Assembly (NCBI RefSeq): GCF_009914755.1
Contig: NC_060947.1
Strand: one strand, 5' to 3'
DNA: 64,000 bases
Origin: the human T2T-CHM13v2.0 reference genome, Homo sapiens
In this document: one piece after another, positions 23,665 to 47,450 of the stretch
How positions within the stretch are numbered: position 1 is the stretch's first letter
Layout of the letters: every line of letters begins with the position of its first letter
Position numbers and translations under genes: made by a program
The notes under the pieces: generated by a model
Told to the model about the DNA's origin: nothing
Database searches by the model: none
The model's input: only the letters and a program-made list of their open reading frames with translations

Positions 23665-25784
23665 TATCCTCCAAAGGTTTTTTTTAAATTTTGCTTTTCA
23701 AGAGCATTTAGCTCTCTCATCCACTAGAAATGATTTTAAGGTATGATGTGGGAGCACAGTTTATTGAACAGTTCATTCTTTCCTACTCATTTGTAAGGCC
23801 GCCTCTGCCATACAGTAAGCTTCCATATCCACATGGGTCTGTTTTTAGGCCTTGTGATCCACTGGTCTCTTTGACTATCTTCTCACTAATATCTCATGTA
23901 TCACATACTATAGGTTTGTAATAGTATTTTTTTTTTTTAGATGGGGTCTCACTCTGTCATCCAGGCTGGAGTGCAGTGACATGATCATGGCTCACTGCAG
24001 CCTCAAGCCCCCTAGGCTCAAGCAGTCCTCCCACCTCAGCCTCTCAAGTAGCTAGGACTACAGGCACACACCACCACACCCGGCTAACTTTTTTATTATT
24101 TGTAGAGACAAGGTCTCACAATGTTGCCCAGGCTGGCCTTAAACTCCTGGGCTCAAGTGATCTTCCTGCCTCAGCCTCCCAAAGTGCTGGGATTACAGGC
24201 ATGAGCCACAGTGCCTGTCTATAATAGTCTTGATATCTGGTAGTATGAGCCCCATCCCCATTACCTTTATTCTTTAACATTTTTTTTTTTGGCCCTTTGG
24301 CACTTTGTACAGATTTTAGGATCAGTTTGTGAATTCTGTAAAATCCTCTGTTGGATTTTGATGGGAACTGCATTAAATTTATAAGCTAATCTGGAGAAAG
24401 TTGCCACCTTCGCTATATTGAGTCTTCCCATCTGTGAAATGGTACATTTTTTCAATCATTTTAGTCTTCTCTAATGTCTTTCAGTGAAGAATTTATTATC
24501 ATCCCTATAATCTTGTTTAAAAAACGTATTCCCTGATACATTATGGGGTTACTGTTCTATTTGATGTTTCTTCAATCCTTCTTGTCCTTTTTCCATAGAG
24601 TTTAGTTCTATTAGGATCTGATTGTGTCTTATCTAGTCTGCAGTTACTTTATATGTATTTTTAAAATAATCTCTTTCTGGTTATCTGTGTGCATTTGGAG
24701 TTTGTGGGGGTATAATTGTATGTTTGTACTATGTGCAGACTGTTGATTGAGTTGGATTAGTCACCAATGGGCTTTGTAATATTCTACTGTGAACTCATCA
24801 TTAGCAGGGTTTATTTTTTTGTGTGTGAACATTCCATGATATTTGGGATGTGGGAGCTTCAATTCAAAGAAGTTTTTTGTTTGCTTCTGCCTTGTGCCCC
24901 AGGAGTATCACTGCTTGATGAATAATTCTCACGGTACTTTTTAGTCTGGAGTTTCTGAACTATGTGGGTAGAGTAAAAGCAATGTGAATTGTGGTCTTGT
25001 GGTTTTGACTTCTCAGAGAGCTTTTATTTTTTTCCCACCAAAAGCCCTGTGTCCTGTGGTCCCTCTTGTTTTTAAATCCTTTCATTTATAGAATAGTTAT
25101 TTGAGGGTCTCAGCTGTAAGCAAAGCTCTCTGGGCAATTCCCTAGCTCCCAGAGCCCCAAAGCCTCATTTCCTGCCCCTGTGTGGGCATTCATTCCCAAA
25201 CCCCCAGGCTCTGCAGACAGTTGCTCCCCATTAACTCAGGCACTCACCCTTCTGCTTTTTCATTTCCTTCTTTGTTTCTGGCACCCGGGGATTTGATTTT
25301 ATTATTTGTGGGCCTAGCTCTACATTTAAAATAGTTAAGTTACATTTTACCCAGTATTTCTAAGTGATTATAGTAAAAGAATTTTCAGGTTGTCTGAGTC
25401 CACCATATTGCTAGCAGTTGATAAGTAGATTGTTTGTATTCTTTGCTGTTTGTTAATAATCTTTAGGCTTCATATTTTTTCCCAGACAATGACCAAATGT
25501 TCATAATATGCCATGTGCTTGAGTTATGCAACATAAATCATTTCCTGGGTCTCAATTTTTAAACCTTAGTAGGACCTACTTCTAAATTTCTGTATCTTTT
25601 TTACATAGATGGGATCATATATGTATTTTTTGAGGTGGGGTCTGGCTATGTTGCCCAGGCTGGCCTTGAACTCCTGGACTCAAGCAATCCTCCTGCCTTA
25701 GCCTCCCAAGTAGCTGGGATTACAGGCACGTGCCACCACACCTGGCCTATACTTTGTTGTTGTTGTTGTTGTTGTCATTTTTAA

Positions 25785-26135
<351 letters not shown>

Positions 26136-26227
26136 TAATCCACCTGCCTTGGCCTCTCACGGCCTCCTTACAGGCATGAGCCACTGCGCCTAGCCAGCTT
26201 TCCATATTTTTATCTGTCTGCATATAA

Positions 26228-26584
<357 letters not shown>

Positions 26585-27390
26585 TAGCCAGGATGGTCTT
26601 GATCTCCTGACCTCGTGATCTGCCCGCCTTGGCCTCCCACAGTGATGGGATTACAGGTGTGAGCCACCGCGCCCGGCCAAAAATGGGATTATATTATACA
26701 TGATTTTCCACATCCTGTTTTTCTTAACCAACAATCAATACCTAGTTGAAATCCCTGCAAGTTATTACAATTTTAAGTCTGGTGTTTCTCAATACACAAA
26801 TCATGAATGTACTGCTTGATGAGTTTCCACAGTGAATACACCCACGTAACCAGCACCCAGATCAAGACATAAAATATTACCAGTGCCCGAGAACTGCTAC
26901 CTCTCCCAACGTGCCTCCTCCCCTTGACCTCCCACCTCCCCAAGGGTATCCATCCTCCTGACTTGTAACAGCATCGATTTCTTTAGTCTGTTTTGTGCCT
27001 TACATAAAAGAAACGTTCAGTACATACTTTTTTGCATATTATATTCTTGACATTTATAATGTTGTTGCATGTAGTTGTGGCTTGTTCGTTCTGGTTGTGG
27101 TATACTATCCCATTGTGTGACTATACCAGAATTTATCGATCTATTCTCCTTCTAATAGGCATTGGGGTTATTATGGCCAGTGCTGCCATGAACGTTTTTG
27201 TTCATTAATTGATTCTTTTTAATGGCTGTATAATATTCCTTGCTATGGAGGACCACCCTTTATTCAGCGATCCTACTTTTATTAGGTGTTTACTTTGTTT
27301 CCTGTTCTTGACCACTAAAGCAAAGCTGCAATAAATATTGTATATATGTCCCTATGTAGAGATACTGATCTATCTCTACTAATGGAACAA

Positions 27391-27737
27391 TGTATTAGTC
27401 CATTTTCATGCTGCTGATAAAGACATACCCGAGACTGGGTAATTTATAAGGAAAAAGAGGTTTAATGGACTCGCAGGTGGCTGGGGAGGCCTCACAATCA
27501 TGGCAGAAGGCAAAAGGCACATCTCATATGGCGGCAGAAAAGAGAACTTGTGCAGGGAGACTCCCCTTTATCAAACCATCAGATCTCGTGAGACTTGTTC
27601 ACTTCCACAAGAACAGCATGGAAAGACCCGCCCCCATGATTCAATTCCTCCCACTAGGTCCCTCCCACAACATGTGGGAATTGTGGGAGCTACAATTCAA
27701 GATGAGATTTGGGTGGGGACATAGCCAAACCATATCA
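27391..27737 (-). mobile_element. THE1 (MaLR) solo LTR
   Basis: tgtattagtccattttcatgctgctgataaagacatacc...gccaaaccatatca. Confidence 0.9.
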
Positions 27738-28113
27738 GACAGATTGCAGGAAGTCAAATTGCTGGTTAGTATAGTAATTGCCTTTTAAAAGTAAATGCTG
27801 TTGCTTGTTTTTAAAACAAAACAAAACAAAACCCTGTGACAATGCCATTACTGTCAGCAATGCCTGAAAATTCCCCTTTCCCTCATCTCTGTCAGCATTG
27901 GATGTTAGAGTTCTTTCTGTGTTTTGTGAATCTCATGAGTATAAAATGATATTAGCATGATATATTCCCTGACCACTAGACAATTTAAGCACCTTTTCAT
28001 GTGTTGGGACTTGTTCTTCATATTTTTTGCTCATTTTTTTTTTTTTGGGTCTATACATCTTTTTCTCATCAATTTGCAAGATATTTTTGTATACTGTAGA
28101 AATTAACCCTTTA

Positions 28114-28446
<333 letters not shown>

Positions 28447-28483
28447 CTATTGTTTGTCTATTGACTTTGTTCATGTTACCTTT

Positions 28484-30169
<1,686 letters not shown>

Positions 30170-31290
30170 TTAAGACATGCCCAGAAATGTTGGGCATAAG
30201 GGAGACAGTGCAGGAGAAAAAAATTCTCCAGCTGCCTCTGAGGGGAGTGCACTGCGGTGTCTTAATGAGGGTGACATACCTAATTCATGAGGTTAGGAGA
30301 GTGTCCACATGTGCAGGGTGGAATTCAAGAAGCACAGGCGTAGTAAGGGGTTATGCTAACACATACATCACATGAGCGGAAAATGGCAGATAAGCCCCTC
30401 CTTGGGCGGTCTGGTCTTGTGCACATGTGGGTGATAGGGTTAACTCCTTTGAGTAAGATTTATGTTGGGATATTGCTTATTTTAGTTTTTCAAGGTCCTG
30501 CGATCAGCCAGTATGGTGCCTTGAGTAAGATTTATTGGGGGTTGCTGTTTATCTTAGTTTCTTCAAACAGCTTGCAAGGTCTGGTCAGTATGTATGGAAA
30601 AATACATTAGTGGGCATGGGCCAAGTCCTGTCCCTATGGCCTCATAGGTACTTATTCAAAAAAGCCTATTTACTGTTGTAATGTATCTGGTATCCAGTCT
30701 CCTTACCAAATATCGTTACTCTAAAAGTTTTTTAATAGAATTGTTACAGTAGGTAGCTAGTCAGACATTAAACAGGACAGGAGAGCACCCCTCCCCTTCC
30801 CTGCCAACCACCACCAGGAATGTCAGATGTCAGGTGACCATCAGGTCATGGTCAGTCGGTTAACTGTCTCTCTAAAATAATAATTGGTCACAGCCAGCAC
30901 CAGGGAAAAGCAGTTTCCCAATAGATAAAAACACCTGAAACTGATGATCAGCGGTTTCCCAGTAAGAGCTCAGGAATTGGGCGAATGCGCTGGAGCATGT
31001 GCATTAAGGGGCAAAATGGAGGAGTTTAAGTGGTATATGACCTTCTGGGGACATTCTATTGGTAAAGGGAAGAACGCCTCAGGTGAGCATGCGTACACCT
31101 CCAGTAAACACACTGCGCATGCTCACCTCCCAATTGCTGGCAGGCCACCGCGCATGTGGGCAGCCCCCATAAGGGAAGAATCAAGGGAAAAAGGATGCAA
31201 GATGCGGGAAGTAGGCCAGCATATACAACCCCAAGTCCAAGGTGAAATGAGGCACTTGACCTCCAAGATGCCCCCTTGGCCCTCTTCTAA

Positions 31291-31939
<649 letters not shown>

Positions 31940-32154
31940 TCTAAAGCTTTTTAATAAATTTTCACTCCTGCTCTGAAACTTGCCTTGGTCCCTTTTTCTG
32001 CCTTATGCCCCTCAGTTGAGTTCTTGCTTCTGAGGAGCCAAGAATTGAGGTTGCTGCAGAACCATATGGATTCACTGCCAGTAACGGGGTCTCGGGTTTT
32101 CAAGGTAGACAATTATAGCATCAGCAAATAGAATTCATTTATATCTCTTCTTTT

Positions 32155-32345
32155 AGGGTTGCCAGCTTTAGCAAACAAAAATACAGAATGCCCAGCTAAA
32201 TATGAATCTCAGAAAAATAAGGAATAATTTTTTAGTATAAGTAAGTCCCAAGTACTGTATGGCACATACTTATATTAAAAAGCGATTCATGATACATTTG
32301 AAATTCAAATTTACCTGGGTGTTCTGTATTTTATCTAACAACCCT
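32155..32345. mobile_element. MER33-like hAT element
   Basis: Inverted termini tagggttgccag / ctaacaaccct. Confidence 0.7.
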
Positions 32346-32416
32346 CTTTCTTTCCCAGCGAGGATGCCTGCTGCTTTATTTTCTTTTTCTGTTGCATTTG
32401 CTGAAGCCTCTAAGAC

Positions 32417-32604
32417 TGGTTCTCATTCTGGGCTACACATTAGCATCAGCCAGGAAGCTCTGAAAAACAAAACAAAACAAAACAAAAAAAACCTCCTATG
32501 GCAGGCAGGCCCTTAGGCTCAGAGATTTAATTGGTGTATATATACATATATTTAAAAGCTTCCCAGATTGATGCTAATGGGCATCTGGGGTTGAGAACCA
32601 CTGC
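32417..32604. mobile_element. MER5-like hAT element (similar copies at about 5060-5290 and 36490-36655)
   Basis: tggttctca...gggttgagaaccactg. Confidence 0.65.
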
Positions 32605-32991
32605 CTTAAATCCATGTTAAATAATAATGTTAGTAAGCATCAAGAATCTTGTTCTTGATTTTAATTAAATATTTCCAGTGTTTTGACATTTAAAATAACA
32701 CTTGTTGTTGGTTTTTAGTAAATATCCTTCGTTTTGTTTACATAGTTTCCATCTAGCCCTGTTTAAGTTTTGATTAGGAATGGTTGCTTTTAGCACCTAT
32801 TAATATGATTATGTGGTTTTGAGAAAAGAAGAATAGAACAGTCTGGGCTATGTGTGGTCTGCAGGCCCAGAAAGACACGAATATGGGACTTTCATTCCTC
32901 CCTGCTCCCCCTCTCCCCATGCCTGGGGGCAATTGTTTAAAGTCATTTTGTTCCCAACCAGCTGTCTCACCCTTTGCCTTCTTGTTCCTAG

Positions 32992-33792
<801 letters not shown>

Positions 33793-33988
33793 CTAATCTC
33801 TGACCTTTTTTCCCTCTTGCCCAAATTCCTATCTAAGGGACCTGGGAAGTTACGCCATAACATCACAAACCATATAACATCACGAACCATAACATCTCAT
33901 CAGGTGAATTTTATTTAACTCTATATAATGTGTTACTTTCCAACCTGACTGGCATAACACCACTGGACAGAGAAGAAAATCAAAATAT

Positions 33989-35366
<1,378 letters not shown>

Positions 35367-36022
35367 AAAATCAAAATATCTTACCCCAAAATATGTGTTT
35401 TTTTGCCATATTTTGAAATGGCCCTGCAAAGCCATCTTTGGTGGGGGAAAGTTTGCATCTGTAAAGAATCTCCATTAACATAACTAGATCCTCCCCTTCC
35501 AGACCCTCCCAATCCTGAAGAGATAAACTGAGAGTCTGGCACCTTTTAAAGGTCTGAATAGGAAACATTTGCCATCTATTGTCTCTAAGGGCATTCATCT
35601 GTGACACTTCCTAGCAACCTTGGTCTCCACAACCCCTTATCTTAACCCAGACACTCCTTTCTGTTGATGCCAGGTCTTTAGATAATAATTTAACTCTTTC
35701 AACCAATTGCCAATCAGAAAATCTTTGAATCCACCTGTGACTTGAAAGCCCCCCCACTTCGAGTTGTCCCACCCTTCCAGATCCAACCAATGTATATCTC
35801 ACATGTATTGGTTCATGTCTTATGTCTCCCTAAAACGTATAAAACTAAGCTGTAACCCAACCACCTTGGGCACATGTTCTCAGGACTTCTTGAGACTGTG
35901 CCTCAGGCCATGGCCACTCATATTTGGCTCAGAACAAACCTCTTTAAATATTTTATAGCGTTTCACTCTTTTTGTCTACACTCCTGGGTTGCAGTTCTTA
36001 TACTTGGCCCAAATAAACTCTA

Positions 36023-36154
<132 letters not shown>

Positions 36155-36229
36155 TCATTTCCAAAACAAATAAAAGAAGTATTAAAAAATGTGCCTCAGC
36201 TTCTTCCTTTTAGGTTGGCAGTTTTCTCC

Positions 36230-39400
<3,171 letters not shown>

Positions 39401-39503
39401 TGTTGTTAGACTTTTAATGTGACTTATAGGTATATGGGCTTTTAAAAAAAGACTTTATGTGAGATTTTAAGTGATAAAGTAACAGATACATTCATGGAGT
39501 TGA

Positions 39504-39886
<383 letters not shown>

Positions 39887-39966
39887 CCAAACCAAGCATT
39901 TCTAACTGAAAAACATGGCTCATGCTCAGCCCAGCTTAGGGTCAGGGTTATCACTCTATCTGGGCA

Positions 39967-40303
39967 CAAATCTCATCTTGAATTGTAGCTCCCACAATTC
40001 CCATGTGTTGTGGGAGGGACCCAGGGGGAGGTAATTGAATCATGGGGGCTAGTCTTTCCTGTGCTGTTCTCGTGATAGTGAATAAGTCTCACGAGATCTG
40101 GTGGTTTGATAAAGGGGGCGTTCTCCTGCACACGCACTCTTGCCTGCCACCGTGTAATATGCCTCTGCTCTTCCTTCATCTTCTGCCATGATTGTGAGGC
40201 CTCCCCAGCCACGTGGAACTGTGAGTCCATTAAACCTCTTTCCTTTATAAATTACCCAGTCTTAGCTAGTTCTTTATTAGCAGTGTGAGAACAGACTAAT
40301 ACA
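39967..40303 (+). mobile_element. THE1/MST LTR, 5'-truncated
   Basis: aaatctcatcttgaattgtagctccc...agactaataca. Confidence 0.85.
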
Positions 40304-42974
40304 GGCCCTTACCCAGTCATTGACCTAGAGGGGCTGGACTGCCATAGCGGGATCGCAGCCCCTGATGACTCCCTTCCTGGGGTCCCTGGGCCTGTGGGGA
40401 GGACAGCCATCCTAACAGGAGCCTATCTGGTGTTGTCATTTTAGAAAGCCTTCCGGAGAATGTACTTGGAGCTCCTAATAAGATATCTCGGGCCAAGGAA
40501 AATGTCACATTTCTTTGCTCTTGGCAGGAATCCCAGCTCCTTGGCTTGGGAGCACCCTTTCTCCCATGCTGAACAGAAACTTCATTTGGCCATTATGTTC
40601 ATTGCCAATTAATAAATTATAGGAGAACAAATTAATTTACTTATCACTTGCAGCTTTGGAGAAAAACTCGTTCAAAGCAGGGAAAGTGGGGTGATAAAAA
40701 GATCCCTGCAGGAAAAACGTTGGGGATCCCCGGGGCCACTTACATGTTGGGTCTGAGTGGGTGAAATCACTCTTCATTACAAAGCTCTCAGAGGATCCGC
40801 AGCAGGGGCACCTCGTCCACAACCCCCGCCCCCCTGCCCCCAGCTGGCCTCCAAAGATTGTGGTGAGGTTCCAAATGAGGTGACAACATTGGAACTTGCT
40901 GCATCCTGAACGTGTGCACTGAGTGATGAGGGTGCTGGCGCTCTGGTTGTGGGGACCCTGACTACACAGCCCCGGGTGTGGCTCAAAGTGTCAGTCTCCC
41001 ACTGCCTACCAGTGCTACAGACCCCACCCTGCAAATCTCCTAAAGGGAGAAACCTGCTCCCGGCTCCAAGCACGTGGTTGCAGTAGGAACACCTGGGAAC
41101 ACACGAAAGCGTGCTGGGTGGGGTCAGGAGGCTCAGCTCTGTCTGCTTGGGCTCACCGCTAATGTGTGTGAGCTGGGGCTTGCATTTCCTCGCCTACAAC
41201 AAAAGTGACGGACAGAATGCAGGGAAGGCCCAGGTAGCACCCCTATCCTGTGAGTTCTGCCTCCACCTGCACTGCTGCCTGTGGGTTGTGTGTGAAGCAC
41301 GTGAGGCCCTGTCCCTCAGTGCTCAGCGATGCCGCGGGTGGTCTGAGATGATGTTGGTGGTGATGGTGATGAAAACTCACACACTAGCACTTCTACCAAG
41401 CCCATTGGTATTCTAAGGGTTTCACCCATATTAACTCATTAATCTTCACAACCAGCCTATGAGGTTACTGTTATTATCACTCCTATTTTACACAGGAAGA
41501 GACAGACACAGGTGAAGCCACTTGTCAACATTGTGCAGCTGGTACGCGGTGGGGCAGAGCCCAGTCAGGCTCCGGGGCCTGTGTGTGGGCACTACTGTGC
41601 GCTGTCTGCTGTGTCCCGGTAGCCGAGTTAACCAAAAGCAGCACAGAGATCATGAAACTTCATTCTAACCTGAGCTTTCAACCTCCTCCCTCTCATCAAA
41701 TTTTACTTAAAATTTCAGAAACTAGCAAGAGTCGAAATGGCCCGATGTCCCCTCCTTCTGTTTCCCCTGCCGCTTGTCCCCATGGCCCTGGGGGCATCCG
41801 CAGGAGGGAGGTGCCCCTGGGGCTGGGGAGAGGATTCTCCTGGCGTTTGCTCTTTTTCCTGGCTGCCCAGGTACACTCTTAGCCATGTCCAGTCCTCAGG
41901 CTTTCCCCAAAAGGGAGAATAACGGGAGCATGGGCCAAAATCCTGAGTGAAATATAAAGGCCCCAGATAAAGCAATTATAAATGGAAACTCTGAGGCTGT
42001 GATTCACTCAAGCAACATGACTCATGTTCTGCTGAGGTTTCCGTGAACAATATGTTCACAGTCTGATTTAATTATAGCCTAGATTTACTGCTGCCTCGGG
42101 GAGCCTCCGAAGCTCACCCCATCCCTCACTACCCCCAGCGCGGCGCCTGGTGAAACGCCTCCCAGTGCGAGAGTGGGAGCAGGCACTGGAAATGGTTTTC
42201 TGCAGGTGCTATGTGTCACATCGTGCACAGTGGACAGCTCTTGGGACCTCAGCTGGGCGGGGAGGCAGAGTCGTCAAATAAGTTAGAGCTCTGGGGTACA
42301 GCTCAAGCCCCCGGGGATGGGGGGGATTGTGCTTCCTGGGCTTCCCCTCCGTGCAGGGGCTCCTGCAGAGTTGAGGTTTGTCAGCGCCGAGTGTGGGCGC
42401 CTAGAGTGATCGATTGAGAGAGAGAATCCAGTCACAGCTCCCTCACGCGAGGGTGGAGGGAAACCCGGGGCTGCCTGCCGAACTCGGGGGCGTTCTCGCG
42501 GGGACCCGATAACACCGGACAGAAAATGTCCCACTTCTCATCGCTTTGTGCTTTCAGTGAGAACCCCCCCGGAGGTACAGCATTTAAAGGGGATAATTTC
42601 AAACGTGGTGATGTGGCCACAATTATATCCTCGTTATCAGACAAAAACTGTAGGTCCCCTCCCTCTGCAAAGCACGAAAGCATTTGTGTGTATTTCAGTG
42701 TAACAGAATGCTGTCCCCCAGTATCTGGTGCCATGTGCTCTTTCCACGCCCCCCGCACCCCGGCCCTGTTTGCTTGAGTAACCAGAGTGGAAGAGGGCAG
42801 CCCACTACTGTGGGCTTTAGTGTTGTCAGCTAAAATACAGGCCGCCCCGTTAATTTGCATGTCACATAAGCGATGCATAATAGTTTCATTTGCGCATGTC
42901 CCAAATATTGTCCGGGACATGCTTGTGCTAAAACCAGATTCCTTGTTGACCTGAAATCCAAATTTATTTTTTGA

Positions 42975-43136
<162 letters not shown>

Positions 43137-46100
43137 TAGAGATGGGGTTTCGCCATGTTAGATCTCCCAAAGTGCTGGGATTACAGGTGTGAGCCAGTGC
43201 ACTGGGCCTTAAATCCAAATATAACTGGGTATTTTTTTGTTTTTTTTTTTTTTTTTGAGGCAGAGTCTCACTTTGTTGCCCAGACTGTAGTGCAGTGGCG
43301 TGATCTTGGCTCACTGCAACCTTCGCCTCCCAGGTTCAAGTGATTCTCCTGCCTCAGCCTCCTGAGTAGCGGGGATTACAGGCGTGTGCCACCATGCCCG
43401 GCTAATTTTTGTATTTTTAGTAGAGACGAAGTTTCACCATGTTGGCCAGGCTGCTCTCGAACCCCTAACCTTAAGTGATCCACCCCCACCTCGGCCTCCC
43501 AAAGTGCTGGGATTACAGGCCTGAGCCACCGTGCCCGGCCGGCGTTTTGTATTTTTAGTTGTCAACTCTGGCAACCCTACATGGACTTTGAAGTCATACA
43601 ACCTGATTTCAGATGCCCCTCTGCCATCAAGGGTATGGGAAACTCTGGACAAATGACATGGGCATTCGGAGCCTCCATTTATCGTAACCACAACCACATC
43701 CCGGGACCATAGCAAAGATGAGAGCGAATGTACGTGAAGCACGTAGCACAGGAAGCGGTATCTCGTTGTAGTGGAAGCTGTTGGCCCCGCTGCATCCCCT
43801 TTATTGGCCGGTGCACTCATCCTCCAGCTTCTAGGAATGTTGGGTGCCAGCAACGCACAGCGACCCCCTTTCCTGGTGCATTGCCCTGGACTGATGGGAG
43901 GTGCTTGCCTAAGAGCTTGTGTCCCATCCGCGTCCCCCCCAACTGCCCCCATTGCCACCCGCGGGCAGCCAGCAGTCACTGGCTAACTGATGGCAGAGGC
44001 TGCTTTTATCTTGCAGTGCTCACTCCAGAGCCCCCTGTGGCGTCGGGCTGGCTGGGTTCCACCTGATGCCACACCCTGCTCAGCTCCTTCCCCTGTCACT
44101 CTTGCTTCCTTCCAGGCTGCTCCCTGGAGCACACTCTTGGCATTTCACTTGTACAACATGCCTGGCCCTGGCACGCTGCTGGTGCTGGTGTGCACACTGA
44201 TCACATAAGCTTGTGAGCATTCAGCGCTGAAGGCCAAGGATGCCTTGTGCTCTGAGAATGGGATCTGCTTGGGGGCAGGAGAGACTTGGGGTCGGGGTGC
44301 GTTGCTGGGGAACAGACAAGGGATCTGTCGCCTCCTGGGAAGCTGGGAAATGGTGTGGGGTGGGGCGACTGGGAGAGGACGGCCAGGGACAGCTTCAGGC
44401 CTGGTGTCCTGCAAAACCTGACACCTAGCAGATGGGAAGATGCGGCTCAGCTACCTCCTCCCGGAGCCAGGCTGAGGAGGTCACGTGGGCCCAGGAGGTT
44501 CAGCCTCAGTTGGGCTGTGCTTGGGGAAATAAATCATCAGGACTCAATGCAGAAAAATGACATGAATTAGGGGGCTCGTCTGGGTGCCACGCGAACCTCT
44601 CCCTGTCTCTCCACCTTGCAGGCATGCTTTTGGGTACCGACACATGTTCCTCCAGGAGGAGTGGTGGAAAGGAGGAATCCTTTGGCCTCCAACCCTGGAA
44701 GAAGGTGTATAGTTTTAAAGGGCAAGGCTTGGCTTTGAATTGCAGCTCTGCCACTTCTTTCTCCTTCTCTCCCTTCCCTTCCCTTTTCCTTCTCTTCCCT
44801 TTTCCTTCCCTTTCCCTTTCCCGACAGTCTTCTCTGTTGGCCAGGCTGGAGTGCAGTGATGCACTCTCTGCTCATTGCAATCTCCACCTCCCCGAGTTCA
44901 AGAGATTCTCCTGCCTCAGCCTCCTGAGTAGCTGGGACTACAGGCACGTGCCATCATGCCCACTTAATTTTTGTGTTTTTAGTAGAGATGGGGTTTTACT
45001 ATGTTGGCCAGGCTGGTCTCGAACTCCTGACCTCAAGTGATCTGCCTGCCTCGGCCTCCCAAAGTGCTGGGTTTACAGGTGTGAGCTACTGCACCCGGCC
45101 CCATCTCTGCCACTTCTATACAGGCGCTAGAATCCAGACCAGCTTCTGAATATCTCTAAGCCTCAGTTTCCCTGTCCACAGAAGGGGGTGATATGCCTTC
45201 TCTCAGAGAGGTGGCGTGAGGAACAAATGGCATGTGAGGGATGAGTGTGCCTAGGATATGGGGAATGGATGTTCTGCTTGTTTTCTTTGCCCTAGAAGTC
45301 ACTGTATTTCAACCTGAATTTCCAAAGAACATTGTCAGACACCTAAAGAGAAGATCACTTGAAGGAAGTTGAATTTTGATATTTGAAGTTTAACTGTTTT
45401 GCCACTCACAGTACAGTTACTTTTGTTTTTTTTTTTTTTTAAAGACAGAGTCTTGCCATGTTGCCCAGACTGGTCTCAAACTCCTGGGTTCACACCATCC
45501 TCTTGCCTCAGCCTCCTGAGCAGCTGGGACTAAGGGTGCGTGCCACCACACCCAACTAATTCTTAAATTTTTGGTAGAGATGAGGTCTCACTATGTTGCT
45601 CAAGCTGGTCTCAAACTCCTGGGCTCACGTGATCTTCCTGCCTCAGCTTCCCAGATTGCTGGGATTGCAGGCATGAGCCACGGTGCCAGGTCAATTGCTT
45701 ACATTTTAATGGCCAAAGGGAAGAAGTTGTTCTCTAACTTCTGAAAGTGTTCGGAAAAACTGCAGAGCTTAAATGACTGCTGAGAGATTTGGGATTCTGA
45801 ACAGACACTGCGAGGAGCCAGAGTTTGGGGGTTGGTGACCTGGACACAGCTGCCGCCACTTTCTGATGGAGAGAGGGTCCTCTGAGTGGAGCTAGTGGCA
45901 GAGGTTGTAGAGCCCAGCACCACTAGGAGGGATGGGAGGTCCCTGAGGAGGGAGAACAGGCAGGGTCCCACTTGGAAGTACCGCAATGGCTGTGTCTTCC
46001 TTGGTCCTTCCAGGGCGTTGCTGCTTGTGATTCTTTGCTTTCCCAGGGTCCATGTGGGAGGAAACAGCTCACAGGTCATCAATGAGACATCGGAGAGAGC

Positions 46101-46431
46101 CGCTAGGTGTTGTGGCAGATGAGGCAGTGCCTCCACGTGTGCTCATGGGCACTCCCGGTCATGAAGAGTGACCCACCTTGGCAAGGCTCTGGAGCTTGGT
46201 GGCCTTTGACATCCCGACCCAGAGCCTATTCAGGATCCCAGTGTCTCCTTGGATTTGGAGACACTCATTCATTCCCAGCAATGAACACCAAGCTTTTCTC
46301 ATTCCTTTGGCTTGTACAGTACAGACCCCTCAGCAACTGCGCTCCATGCACGCAGCACTGTGTGGACTTGTTCCCCTGGTAACCACCTTCTATTCCCTAT
46401 TACTGTGAGCTGGACTTTAGATTCCACATAG

Positions 46432-46912
<481 letters not shown>

Positions 46913-46935
46913 TGACAGGGTGGGGCACTCTTTGA

Positions 46936-47067
<132 letters not shown>

Positions 47068-47329
47068 TGAGTAGTTGGGACCACAGGCGTGTGCCACCAC
47101 ATCTGGGCCCACTCTGCCTCTGCTATGAGTGCTCTCCCCCAATGGCCATGCAGCCCTTTCTCTCAGCCCTTTCCAGTCTTTGCTCAGATCTTTTCTTCTT
47201 GACAAGCCTATTTAATACTGCTGCCTGACTCCCTCACTCCAATCTTTCTTTGAGGCCTGAGCCGGCCTCACTGTGGAATTGGCTGCATAACATCCCGATT
47301 TGTTAAGGTCGTTGCTTATCGTCTGTCTC

Positions 47330-47450
47330 TGCCTGAACTTAGGCTCTGAGATGGGAGGAATCACTGTTTTGTTCATGGATTCTCCCACGTGTCTAAATCA
47401 GTGCCTGGCATGTAGTAGGTGCTCAGTAAATACGTGTTCAATGCACTGAC
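47330..47450 (+). mobile_element. L2 3' end
   Basis: cagtgcctggcatgtagtaggtgctcagtaaata. Confidence 0.75.
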
